From: an uncultured Gemmatimonadales bacterium
GTDB taxonomy: Bacteria; Gemmatimonadota; Gemmatimonadetes; Gemmatimonadales; GWC2-71-9
Reading direction: 5' to 3'
NCBI GenBank assembly: GCA_963704805.1
Contig: CAVPHS010000001.1
Span: 594,496-658,495, forward strand
DNA length: 64,000 bases
Part shown: one piece after another, positions 44,315 through 53,442 of the stretch
Layout of the letters: each line of letters starts with the position of its first letter
Position numbering within the stretch: the stretch's first letter is position 1
Program-made: the position numbers and the translations under genes
Notes under the pieces: model-generated
The model's input: the letters and a program-made list of their open reading frames with translations, nothing else
The model's database searches: none
What the model was told of the DNA's origin: nothing

Positions 44315-45672
44315 CTAGAGCCGATACGTCTCTTTCACGAGCTCGTACGCCAGCGCCCGCGCCATGAGACGCGCGTCGCTCGCCTCGATCACGTGCCGCG
44401 CCACCAAGCCGCCGAGATAATTGGCATCCATCCGCCGAGCCAGGTCGTGCCGCGCCGGGATGGAGCAGAACGCGCGCGTGTCGTCGTTGAACCCGGCTGT
44501 CTTGTAGATCGACGCCGTTTCGGTCGTGCGCTCGCGGAAGCGCCGCATGCCCTCCATGGAATCGTGGAACCACCAGGGCGGTCCGAGGCGCACCGCGGGA
44601 TAGTGGCCCGCGAGCGGCGCGAGCTCGCGACTGTAGGTCGATTCGTCCAGGGTGAACAACACGAGCGTAAACCGCGGATCGTTGCCGTAGGCGTTGAGCA
44701 GCGGGCGCAGGTTGCGCGTGAACTCCGTCGCCACCGGAATGTCGCCGCCCATGTTCGGGCCAAAGCGCTCGAAGACTTTGGTGTTGTGGTCCCGGAACGC
44801 GCCGGGATGGATCTGCATTACGAGGCCGTCCGCCAGCGACAGCTTCGCCATTTCCATGAGCAGGTGCGCGGTGAAGCGGCGTTCGTCTTCCGGCGTCGCC
44901 TCACCTTTACACGCCCGTTGAAACAGCCGCTCGGCCTCCTCCTCGGGGAGGAGGGCGGTGTACGGCTCGAGCACTGCGTGATCGGTCGCCGTGGCGCCCA
45001 GATGCTTGAAGTACGTCCGACGCTCGGCGATCGCGCGCACAAAGCTCGCGTAGATCGCGGACGGCGCCGAGCGCGTCGAGCGCTGCCGGCCACTCGGGCG
45101 ACGCGATCTTGAACAGCGCGTCCGGACGGAACGTCGGGATCACGCGGCCTTGCCAGCCCGATTTGCGAATCGCGTCATGGTGCGCGAGGCTGTCGGTTGC
45201 CGCGTCGGTCGTCGCCAGCACCTCGATGTTGAAGCGCTCGAACAGCGCGCGCGGCCGGAACTCTGGGCTCTTGAGCTTGCGCGACGATCTCGTCGTAAAT
45301 CCGCGCGGCCGTGTCACCCGACAGCTGCTCGCCGATGCCGAAGACTTCGTACAGCTCGTAGTCGAGCCACGCCCCGGTCGGTGTGCCGCGAAACAGGTGA
45401 TAATGCTCGGCGAACAGCTGCCACACCTGGCGAGGCTCAGCCTTCAGCAAGGATTCGAGCGGCACGCCATTGGCGTACAGCAGGCGCAGGATGTAGTGGT
45501 CGGGCTGAACGATCAGCGACGCCGGCTCCGGGAACGGCGCGTTCTCGGCAAGAATGCGCGGATCCACGTGGCCGTGGGGCGACACGATCGGAAGGCCCCG
45601 GGTCTCCTCGTACAGCGCGCGCGCGACGCGGCGGACTGAGGGGTCGGGGTCGAAGAAACGGTCGGGGTTCAG
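44315..45672 (-). pseudogene. uxaC: Glucuronate (uronate) isomerase, two apparent frameshifts and no canonical start
   Basis: LNPDRFFDPDPSVRRVARALYEETRGLPIVSPHGHVDP is in the 45175..46797 frame. LKSPEFRPRALFERFNIEVLATTD follows after ~45285. AIYASFVRAIAERRTYFKHLGATATDH..PPWWFHD follows after ~45060. Confidence 0.8.
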
Positions 45673-46985
45673 ACGGTGGGTGCCCAGCCGGGCGCGTACT
45701 CCCGTGACCAGTGAGCCATCGCCGCCTCGTCGCCCAAAATATGGCCGGTTGCGGGATCGACGCGCAGCGCGCGACCCGTCCACTGCGCGATGTTGCCCAG
45801 GTGGCAGAGCAGGTTGGTCTTCGCGCCCTCCTCGATCGGCTGCGTGACGGGCGACCCCGTGCGGACACCCTCGACGAAGTTCGCGATGTGCAGCGCCGTG
45901 AGCTGATCGTCGCCACTGAATGCGAGTGGATCGTTGCTCGGCTGAGGGGGGGCGACGTTCTGCTTCACGACCTTCTTGTCCATGTCGTACACGGTGTAGC
46001 CGTCCTGATCGACGACCATCGTCCCCGTCGTGCCGTGCACGATCGTACCGCGACCGCGGCCTTCGACAGGATAGGGATTGCAGCTCCGTCCCTGCCACGC
46101 GATTGCGCGGCCGCCTTCGAACTCGAACGCCGCTTCCTGCGTGTCGGTGAACTCCCAGTCGTCCTCGAAGTGGTAGCGGCCGCCCGCGGAGGTGACGCGC
46201 ACCGGATGATCCACGCCGAGGGCCCAGCGGGCGACGTCGATTTCGTGTGTGCCGTTGTTGTTGATCTCGCCCGTGCCCCAGCGGCGGAACCAGTGCCAGT
46301 TGTAGTGAATCACGTTGTCCTTGTACGGCGTGCGCGGCGCCGGCCCCTGCCACAGCTCGTAATCGAGATCCGCCGGCACCGGCACGGGCTTGCCGCGCCC
46401 GATGGACGCGCGGCGGTTCGCGTACCACGCGCGCGCGAAGTACGGGCGGCCGATGATCCCCTCGCGGATCGCCTGCACGGCTTCGATCGCGCGTGGCGAG
46501 CTGCGGCGCTGCGTACCCATCTGGACCACGCGCTTCGTCTTGCGCTGCGCGTCCACCAGCAGCTCGCCCTCGCGCGGGTTGTGGCTGCACGGTTTCTCCA
46601 GATAGACGTGCTTGCCGGCCGACAGCGCGAGAATCGTGGCGGGCGCGTGCCAGTGATCGGGCGCCGCGATCACGAGCGCGTCGATGGATTTGTCGTCGAG
46701 CGTGCGCCGGAAGTCGACGATGCTTTTCACTTGCTTGCCCTGCGCCTCGCTCACGGTCGCGGCGGCCTTGGCCAACACATTGGCGTCCACGTCGCACACC
46801 GCGGCGACCTCGGCGTTGGGCGTTTTGGCGAACACTTTGCCGAGCACGGTCCCGCGCTGGTTCAGGCCCATCACGCAGACCACGACTTTCTCGCTAGGCG
46901 AGCCTTTGGCGAATAGCGGCGCGCGTGCCGCAATGAGTCCGAACCCAGCGCTGGACACGGTTTTCACGAAGCGACGGCGTTTCAT
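45669..46985 (-). CDS. Gfo/Idh/MocA family oxidoreductase with Tat signal
   Basis: MKRRRFVKTVSSAGFGLIAA and CVMGLNQRGT Rossmann start. Confidence 0.8.
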   Translation of the reverse strand: MKRRRFVKTVSSAGFGLIAARAPLFAKGSPSEKVVVCVMGLNQRGTVLGKVFAKTPNAEVAAVCDVDANVLAKAAATVSEAQGKQVKSIVDFRRTLDDKSIDALVIAAPDHWHAPATILALSAGKHVYLEKPCSHNPREGELLVDAQRKTKRVVQMGTQRRSSPRAIEAVQAIREGIIGRPYFARAWYANRRASIGRGKPVPVPADLDYELWQGPAPRTPYKDNVIHYNWHWFRRWGTGEINNNGTHEIDVARWALGVDHPVRVTSAGGRYHFEDDWEFTDTQEAAFEFEGGRAIAWQGRSCNPYPVEGRGRGTIVHGTTGTMVVDQDGYTVYDMDKKVVKQNVAPPQPSNDPLAFSGDDQLTALHIANFVEGVRTGSPVTQPIEEGAKTNLLCHLGNIAQWTGRALRVDPATGHILGDEAAMAHWSREYAPGWAPTV

Positions 46986-47740
46986 AGTGGCCTCACTTTG
47001 ATATCACGGAAATAGACTTCGTCCCCGTGGTCCTGCAAGACGATGTGTCCGCGGCGCTTCTCGCCGAACCCGGGGATCGTCTTGTACTTGCTGGCCGCGA
47101 GCAGTGAATCCATGCGCGCGGTGCCGAGCTCGAACTGGACGACTTTCTGCCCGTTGAGCCAGTGCTCGCCGTGGGTGCCGCGGAAGACGATGCGTGAGCT
47201 GTTCCATTGGCCTACGGGGTGTAGTAGGGGCGCAGCATGCTGCGCCCCTACGTTCGGCGCGATCAGGTCGTACAACGCTGCGGAGCGGTGGCTCGGCAGC
47301 TTGCCATCCTCGTGCCGGTCGTCATCGAGAACCTGATACTCGAAGCCGAGCGCGGAGTGCGTCGGCCCGCCTTGCGTGCCCGCGCCCCCCTGGGCCAGCG
47401 ACATCGCTTCGGAGACGTTGTATTTGACGCCGCTGTTCGCCCCCTGTGTGACTTTCCACTCGAAGCTCAGCTCGAAATCGGCGAACGAATCCACCGTCAT
47501 GAGGTCGCCACCGACCAGTGGCCGCCCGTCGGCCACGCGCGGCACGTCCCCCGACGCGATCTTCTTGATCGCGCCGTTCACCACGACCCAGTGGGAAGTG
47601 GGCACGGTGTCGTAGCCGATGCCGCGCCAACCAGCGAGGGTGCGGCCGTCGAACAGGAGTTGCCAGCCGGCGGCGAGTTCGGCGGACGTGAGGGTGTTGG
47701 GATTCTGGACCAGAGCGATGATGAGGAATGTTGTGATCAT
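46982..47740 (-). CDS. DUF1080 (3-keto-disaccharide hydrolase-like) protein with in-frame palindrome insertion
   Basis: GWQLLFDGRTLAGWRG, GANSGVKY, HIVLQDHGDEVYFRDIKV. Start MITTF at 47740. Confidence 0.75.
   Translation of the reverse strand: MITTFLIIALVQNPNTLTSAELAAGWQLLFDGRTLAGWRGIGYDTVPTSHWVVVNGAIKKIASGDVPRVADGRPLVGGDLMTVDSFADFELSFEWKVTQGANSGVKYNVSEAMSLAQGGAGTQGGPTHSALGFEYQVLDDDRHEDGKLPSHRSAALYDLIAPNVGAQHAAPLLHPVGQWNSSRIVFRGTHGEHWLNGQKVVQFELGTARMDSLLAASKYKTIPGFGEKRRGHIVLQDHGDEVYFRDIKVRPL
47224..47251. repeat. 28-nt perfect palindrome GTAGGGGCGCAGCATGCTGCGCCCCTAC inside a CDS
   Basis: Read directly. Encodes ..VGAQHAAPLL.. in the DUF1080 frame. Confidence 0.85.
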
Positions 47741-47750
47741 TAGGGCTCCC

Positions 47751-47892
47751 ACAAAAGCAGGTCCTTCGCGCCTTCGGCGCTCAGGATGACAAGCGCGCTT
47801 GCTTCTCTTTTCTTTTTTTTCAAAAACAAGCAACAGCTTGTCATCCTGAGCGGAGCGCGCGGTACGCGCGCGTAGCGAAGGACCTGCTTTTC
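47751..47892. repeat. Family-B repeats, inverted pair flanking a T/A-rich spacer
   Basis: acaaaagcaggtccttcgcgccttcggcgctcaggatgacaag ... cttgtcatcctgagcggagcgcgcggtacgcgcgcgtagcgaaggacctgctttt. Confidence 0.85.
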
Positions 47893-47903
47893 AGTGACAG
47901 GGC

Positions 47904-49223
47904 TCATGACGTGGCCTCGGAGCTTCCCATCCGCGCCGGTTCAAGTCGCGGCGCCAGCAAGTGAATGATCGTCCAGGCCGTGATGTAGGCAAAGCCGCAG
48001 ACGGCGAAGATCGACGCGTAGTTGCCTCCGGTGGCGTCGAGAATCCGGCCGGTGAGCCACTGGAACAGCACGCCGCCCATGGCGCCGGCGAAACCGCCGA
48101 TGCCGGAGACGGACGCCACGGCGCTCGGCGGGAACATGTCGCTCGCGAGCGTATAGACGTTGGCCGACCAGCCCTGGTGCGCGGCGGCCGCGAGGCTGAC
48201 GATGAGCACCGCCGTCCACAGGCTGCCCGCGCGCGGCGCCAGCGCCGTGGGCACGATCGCGAGAGCCATCAGCAACATCGCCGTCTTGCGGGCGCGGTTC
48301 ACGGTCCAGCCGCGTTTGAGCAGGCCGCTCGACAGCCAACCCCCGCCGATCGACCCGACATCGGCGATCACATACACCGTAATAAGAGGAAGGGCGACCT
48401 GGGCGAGCTTGATGCCGTACGTCGCATCCAGAAACTTCGGGAGCCAGTACAGATAGAACCACCAGACCGGGTCGGCGAGGAACTTGCCGGCGACGATCGC
48501 CCAGGTTTGGCGGAAAGAGAGAAGCCGAAGCCATGGCACCCGGGGCGGGGCCCCGAAGTCCTCACCCCCTGGCCCCCTCTCCGTTCCGGAGAGGGGGGAC
48601 GCAGGGCTGCGGTACAATACGAGCCACAGGAACAGCCAGAGGAAGCCAAGCGAACCGGTGACGACGAACGCCCAGCGCCAGCCCCACGTCAGCGCGATCC
48701 ACGGAACGACGAGCGGCGTGAGGATCGCGCCGGTGTTGGTGCCGGCGTTGAAGATGCCCGTGGCCAGGGCGCGCTCATCCTTGGGGAACCACTCGCCCAC
48801 GCTTTTGATGGCGCCGGGGAAGTTGGCCGACTCGCCCAGGCCGAGCAGCGCGCGCGCGGCCGAGAAGGCGGCGGTGGTGCGGGCGAGGGCATGGCCGATC
48901 GCCGCCAGGCTCCATACGACAACCGCCGTGGCGAAGCCGCGGCGCACGCCCACGCGGTCGAGCCAGCGCCCGGCGATCAGGAAGCCGAACGCGTACACCA
49001 GGGTGAACGAGTAGACCACGGCCGCGTACTGCGACTCCGACCAGCTCAGCTCGCGCTGTAACGTCGGCGCGAGGATGCTGAGCACCTGCCGGTCCATGTA
49101 GTTGATCGTGGTGACGAGGAACAGCAGCGCGCAGATCGTCCAGCGGTACGGCGGCCTCACCCCCTGGCCCCCTCTCCCTTCGGGAGAGGGGGGACGCGGG
49201 GCGGGGGACGAGTCGAGCGACAT
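47904..49223 (-). CDS. MFS transporter, hexuronate-transporter (ExuT)-like, with two in-frame family-A insertions
   Basis: LFLVTTINYMDRQVLSILAP and GRWLDRVGVRRGF. Insert peptides are PPSPEGRGGQGVRPP (N-terminus) and SPLSGTERGPGGED (central loop). Confidence 0.8.
   Translation of the reverse strand: MSLDSSPAPRPPSPEGRGGQGVRPPYRWTICALLFLVTTINYMDRQVLSILAPTLQRELSWSESQYAAVVYSFTLVYAFGFLIAGRWLDRVGVRRGFATAVVVWSLAAIGHALARTTAAFSAARALLGLGESANFPGAIKSVGEWFPKDERALATGIFNAGTNTGAILTPLVVPWIALTWGWRWAFVVTGSLGFLWLFLWLVLYRSPASPLSGTERGPGGEDFGAPPRVPWLRLLSFRQTWAIVAGKFLADPVWWFYLYWLPKFLDATYGIKLAQVALPLITVYVIADVGSIGGGWLSSGLLKRGWTVNRARKTAMLLMALAIVPTALAPRAGSLWTAVLIVSLAAAAHQGWSANVYTLASDMFPPSAVASVSGIGGFAGAMGGVLFQWLTGRILDATGGNYASIFAVCGFAYITAWTIIHLLAPRLEPARMGSSEATS
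48560..48598. repeat. Family-A palindromic element
   Basis: cctcaccccctggccccctctccgttccggagagggggg. Confidence 0.85.
49155..49193. repeat. Family-A palindromic element
   Basis: cctcaccccctggccccctctcccttcgggagagggggg. Confidence 0.85.
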
Positions 49224-49254
49224 GGCGACTCCAAAGCTACTTTCAGAACACGCG

Positions 49255-50182
49255 ATGACTACTCGCAGGGAGTTTCTCGCAACCGCCGCCGCACTCGCCC
49301 TTACGTTCCCCCTCTCCGGAACGGAGAGGGGGTCAGGGGGTGAGGACTGGAGCGGGGGTGAGGCTGCCGCTCGGCTTCTCAACGCTTGGTTGCCCGACCT
49401 GGCCCTGGTCCGAGATTCTCGACTTCGCGGCCGAGCACCAGTTCGCCTCGATCGAGCTACGCGGGATCCTCGAGAACATGGATCTCACTAAAGTGCCCGA
49501 GCTCGCGCCCGATCGTTTGGGCGAGGCGAAACGGCAGCTCGCGGCCCACGGGCTGGTGGTGTCGTGCCTCGGCGCGTCGGCGCAGATGCACGACATGGAC
49601 CCGGTCAAGCATGCCGCGCAGCTCGACGAGGCGCGCCGCTTCATCGATCTCGCCCAGGCGCTCGGCGCCCCGTACGTGAGGGTATTCGGGAACGAGTACG
49701 TGAAGGATGTGCCGCGCGACGAGATGCTCGCGCACATCGCGGGCGCGCTGCACGCGCTCGGCGACTACGCCAAGCCGAAGAACGTCACGGTCGTCATCGA
49801 GTCGCACGGCGACTTCACCGACTCGCCGGCGTTGCTCGAGATCCTCCAGAAAGCGGACTCATCCAACGTGGCGCTGCTCTGGGATGCGCATCACACGTTC
49901 GTGTCGGGCAAGGAGGAGCCGGAGGACACGGTGCGCCAGCTCGGCCGCTACATCCGGCACGTGCATCTGAAAGACTCGGTCCCCGCCGGCAACGACCGCC
50001 GCTACGTGCTCACGGGCACCGGCCAGGTCCCGGTGAAACGACAGATCGAAGCGCTCGTGAAGCTCGGGTACCGCGGCTACTACAATTTCGAGTGGGAGAA
50101 GCGCTGGCATCCGGAGATCGAGGCTCCCGAGGTCGCGTTTGCGCAGTATGCCACAGTCGCGGCGCAGTATTTAGGCAGGTAG
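49255..50182 (+). pseudogene. Xylose-isomerase-like TIM-barrel protein; Tat signal and catalytic domain are in different frames across a family-A element
   Basis: MTTRREFLATAAALALT starts at 49255 (49102 frame). RLPLGFSTLGCPTWPW...IELRG..YVRVFG..HLKD is in the 49340 frame. Confidence 0.7.
49308..49363. repeat. Family-A palindromic element with double GGGGGTGAGG tail
   Basis: ccccctctccggaacggagagggggtcagggggtgaggactggagcgggggtgagg. Confidence 0.85.
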
Positions 50183-51022
50183 AGCACGGAGCCGCTGGCG
50201 GGCGGAGCCGAGCCCGTCAATGCCCAGCTCGACCTCGTCACCGTCGACCAGAAACCGCGGCGGCTTCTGCCCCATCGCGACGCCCGCGGGGGTCCCAGTC
50301 GAAATCACGTCGCCCGGCAACAGAGTCATGAACTGGCTGATGTAGCTGACGAGCGTGGGCACGTCGAAGACGAGGTCCTTGGTCGAGCCGGATTGCTTGG
50401 TCTCCCCATTCACCTTGAGCCACAGGCGCAGGTTGTGGACGTCGGGGATCTCGTCGGGCGTCGCGAGAAAGGGGCCGAGGGGCGCGAACGTGTCGCAGCT
50501 CTTACCCTTGACCCACTGTCCCCCCCGCTCAAGCTGGAAGGACCGCTCCGAGTAGTCGTTGTGCAGCACGTAGCCCGCCACGTGGGCCAGGGCGGCGTCC
50601 CGCTCGACGTAGCTCGCGCGGCGCCCGATGACCACCGCAAGCTCTACCTCCCAGTCGGTCTTGGTGCTGCCCTTGGGGATGACGACGTCGTCGTTCGGAC
50701 CGGCGAGCGCGGTCGTGGCCTTGAAGAACAGCACGGGCTCGGCGGGGACCGCCTGGCCCGTCTCGCGCGCGTGGTCGCGGTAGTTGAGCCCGACGCACAC
50801 GATCTTGCTCGGCCGCGCGATCGGCGGGCCGAGACGCACGGAGTCGGGGACGACGGGAGGGCCTTCCTTCGCGAGCCAGCGCGCCAGTCGCTCGAGGCCG
50901 CCTGAGCCGAAGAACGCCTCGTCGTAATCGGCGCCGAAACCCGAGACATCGATGCGCCGCCCTCCGTCCACAATTAGGCCGGGCCGTTCCCGTCCCGGTT
51001 CACCGAAACGAATGAGTTTCAT
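50171..51022 (-). CDS. Fumarylacetoacetate hydrolase (FAH) family protein
   Basis: MKLIRFGEPGRERPGLIV, KIVCVGLNYRDHA, DWEVELAVVIG and PGDVISTGTPAGV. Confidence 0.85.
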   Translation of the reverse strand: MKLIRFGEPGRERPGLIVDGGRRIDVSGFGADYDEAFFGSGGLERLARWLAKEGPPVVPDSVRLGPPIARPSKIVCVGLNYRDHARETGQAVPAEPVLFFKATTALAGPNDDVVIPKGSTKTDWEVELAVVIGRRASYVERDAALAHVAGYVLHNDYSERSFQLERGGQWVKGKSCDTFAPLGPFLATPDEIPDVHNLRLWLKVNGETKQSGSTKDLVFDVPTLVSYISQFMTLLPGDVISTGTPAGVAMGQKPPRFLVDGDEVELGIDGLGSARQRLRALPA

Positions 51023-52050
51023 CGCTCACCCCCGAGACCTTCCCACAGTCCCTGGAGATACGTCGCGCCCAGCGCGCGGTCGTACAATCCGTACCCCGGC
51101 CGCCCGCGCTCGCCCCAGATCATCCGCCCGTGGTCGGGGCGCATCGGACCGGCGAAGCCAGTGTCGCGCAATGCGCGGAGCACGTCGGCAAGCCTGACGT
51201 CACCCGAAGGATGCGGCGTCTCGTGGAACTGTCGGTCCCCGGTGATGTGCACGTTGCGGCAGTGCGCAAAGTGGATGCGGGGGCCGAGTCGCCGCACCAT
51301 CGCGGGGAGGTCGTTCTCCGGGAGAGCGCCGAGCGAGCCCGTGCAGAACGTCAGACCGTTGGCGGGGCGGTCGACGAGCTTCAGGAGTCGCTCCAAGTCC
51401 CGGCCGCGGCAGATGATCCGCGGCAGCCCGAAGATGGGCCAGGGTGGATCGTCGGGGTGGATGGCCATGCGCACGCCCGCTTGCTCGGCGACGGGGACGA
51501 CGCGCTCGAGGAAGTACGCGAGATGATCCCACAGCCGTTCCGCATCCACCTCGCGATAGGCCGCGAAGAGCCCGCGCAGCGCGTCTGCATCATAGGCCGC
51601 GGCCCAGCCGGGGAGATCCCCAGTCCCGCGCGCGATGTCCATGCGGGCGAGCGCCGCTTCATCGTAGGCGAGCGCAGTCGATCCGTCGGGCAGCCGCATC
51701 GCGAGATCGGTGCGCATCCAGTCGAACACGGGCATGAAGTTGTAACACAGCACCTGCACGCCCAGCTCGCCCATCGTACGGACGCTCTCGCAGTAGTTCG
51801 CGATCAGACGGTCTCGCGTCGGCCGTCCGAGCTTGATGTCTTCGTGGACCGGAATGCTCTCGACGACGGCCAGGCGCAGTCCTGCGTCCGCGATGTCGTC
51901 CTGCAGGTGCGCGAGCCGGCCCTTCGGCCACGCCTCGCCGACCGGCACGTCGTACAGCGCGCTCACGACTCCCTGCACGCCGGGGATTTGGCGGATGTGC
52001 GCGAGCGGGATCGGGTCCGTCGGCCCGAACCAGCGGAACGTCATGAACAT
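51019..52050 (-). CDS. uxuA: Mannonate dehydratase
   Basis: MFMTFRWFGPTDPIPLAHIRQIPGVQGVVSAL is a classic UxuA N-terminus. 4-nt overlap with the FAH gene. Confidence 0.85.
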   Translation of the reverse strand: MFMTFRWFGPTDPIPLAHIRQIPGVQGVVSALYDVPVGEAWPKGRLAHLQDDIADAGLRLAVVESIPVHEDIKLGRPTRDRLIANYCESVRTMGELGVQVLCYNFMPVFDWMRTDLAMRLPDGSTALAYDEAALARMDIARGTGDLPGWAAAYDADALRGLFAAYREVDAERLWDHLAYFLERVVPVAEQAGVRMAIHPDDPPWPIFGLPRIICRGRDLERLLKLVDRPANGLTFCTGSLGALPENDLPAMVRRLGPRIHFAHCRNVHITGDRQFHETPHPSGDVRLADVLRALRDTGFAGPMRPDHGRMIWGERGRPGYGLYDRALGATYLQGLWEGLGGER

Positions 52051-53414
52051 CGGGCCGTCTCCACCAGTTGGCTCAACGCGGTCTCGACGCCGCCCTGCGC
52101 CAGGACGGCCATCCACTGTGTCGTGGCAGCAACGAACTCCGGGATGCGCGCCGCCTCGCCCAGCGACTCGAGCGGCGCGCCCGTGTACGTCAGATGCGCC
52201 GCCGTGGCAAGAGCGAGACCGGTACGGAGGGTTTTGTCCGTGCCCTGAAGGGCCGGCTCGGCTACTACGCGCGTCCTAAAGGACGCAAGGATGAGTGGCA
52301 CGACGCGAATCCGAAACTTCTCCTCCTGATTCGTCGCGATGACGCGCCACTCGTGCTCGAGCCACGGATTGGCAAACCGCTCGAGCACCGCGTGCGCGAA
52401 CGCGCGCGCTTCGTCCGCCGGGATATCGGTCGCGGGGATGATCTCGTCGAACAGCAAGCGTTTCTGGAACGCGCCGAGCAGCGGATCCCGGGTGGCGTCG
52501 CGCACGATGCGGAGGCCGGCGAGCAACGCGACGGGCGTGGTCGCCGTGTGCAGCGCGTTGAGCAGGCGCAGCTTGCGCTCACGATAGAAGGTGATATCGG
52601 GTGCGAACACGACACTCGCGCTCTCGATCGGGAAGGCAGCGCGCAGCTCGGCGGGGCCTGCTTCGATGGCCCACAGGGCGTACGGTTCGGCCACGGTGAG
52701 CAGGGCGTCGCGGTAGCCGAGCTGCGCTTCGAGGGCGGCGTGCTGGTCGGGCGGCGGGGCGGTCACGATTCGGTCCACGAGCGAAGAGCAGAATCGCACG
52801 CGAGCCTTGAGCCAGTCGCGAAAGCTTCGAGCCGCATCGTGCCGCCCAGCCAGCTCGTCAACCATCGCCGCTAGGCGCGGTCCGTTATCTGGGACGAGCT
52901 CCGTCGGGATGACGAACACGGGCGGAGCATCCGGTGCGCGGGTGAATCGAGCGTGCAGGGCATCAGTGAGCCGCGCGGGGAAGGGCGCGTCGATCCGGAA
53001 CCCGGCCTCCGAGACATTGCTGATGATCACCTGAGTCTCGGGCCGCGCGGCCACGTCGCGCACGGCGTTCCACTGAGTGTCGGCGGCGAGCGCGCGCGAG
53101 ATCGCGCCGATCAAGCCAATCCGCTCGAGCGGCGCGCCGCCGGTCAGGCCGCGCTCGACTAGCGTGTACAGTCCGTCCTGGGCGTTCAGGGCGCGGGCGC
53201 GGGACGCTCCTTCCGCGGTGCTCTGCACGACGACGATGCGACCGGCGCGTGCGCCCGCGCGGTTTGCCGAGTCCACCGCGGCCGCGCATAGCGCGCGCAG
53301 CAGCATGCCGCTGCCGAACTGGAGCACGCGCTCGGGCAACCGATCTCGATCGTAGGCGGTGGCGGGCCAGTGCGCGCCGGTCAGAGGGGGAAGCACACCG
53401 GATAAGCTGTGCAA
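52041..53414 (-). CDS. Mannitol dehydrogenase family protein (tagaturonate/fructuronate reductase-like)
   Basis: RVLQFGSGMLLRALCA N-terminal Rossmann motif, ~457 aa, in uronate context. Confidence 0.75.
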   Translation of the reverse strand: MHSLSGVLPPLTGAHWPATAYDRDRLPERVLQFGSGMLLRALCAAAVDSANRAGARAGRIVVVQSTAEGASRARALNAQDGLYTLVERGLTGGAPLERIGLIGAISRALAADTQWNAVRDVAARPETQVIISNVSEAGFRIDAPFPARLTDALHARFTRAPDAPPVFVIPTELVPDNGPRLAAMVDELAGRHDAARSFRDWLKARVRFCSSLVDRIVTAPPPDQHAALEAQLGYRDALLTVAEPYALWAIEAGPAELRAAFPIESASVVFAPDITFYRERKLRLLNALHTATTPVALLAGLRIVRDATRDPLLGAFQKRLLFDEIIPATDIPADEARAFAHAVLERFANPWLEHEWRVIATNQEEKFRIRVVPLILASFRTRVVAEPALQGTDKTLRTGLALATAAHLTYTGAPLESLGEAARIPEFVAATTQWMAVLAQGGVETALSQLVETARCS

Positions 53415-53442
53415 TGTCGCACCGCGTCACCAGATTGAATCC

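Noticed and set aside
45175-46916. 540-aa minus-strand and 401-aa plus-strand ORFs over the Gfo/Idh/MocA gene
   Set aside because: Off-frame or antisense. Only the last ~150 residues of 45175..46797 (the UxaC N-terminus) are real.
47961-49061. 366-aa plus-strand ORF opposite the MFS transporter
   Set aside because: Arg/Gly/Asp-rich antisense ORF. The MFS frame has TM periodicity and family motifs.
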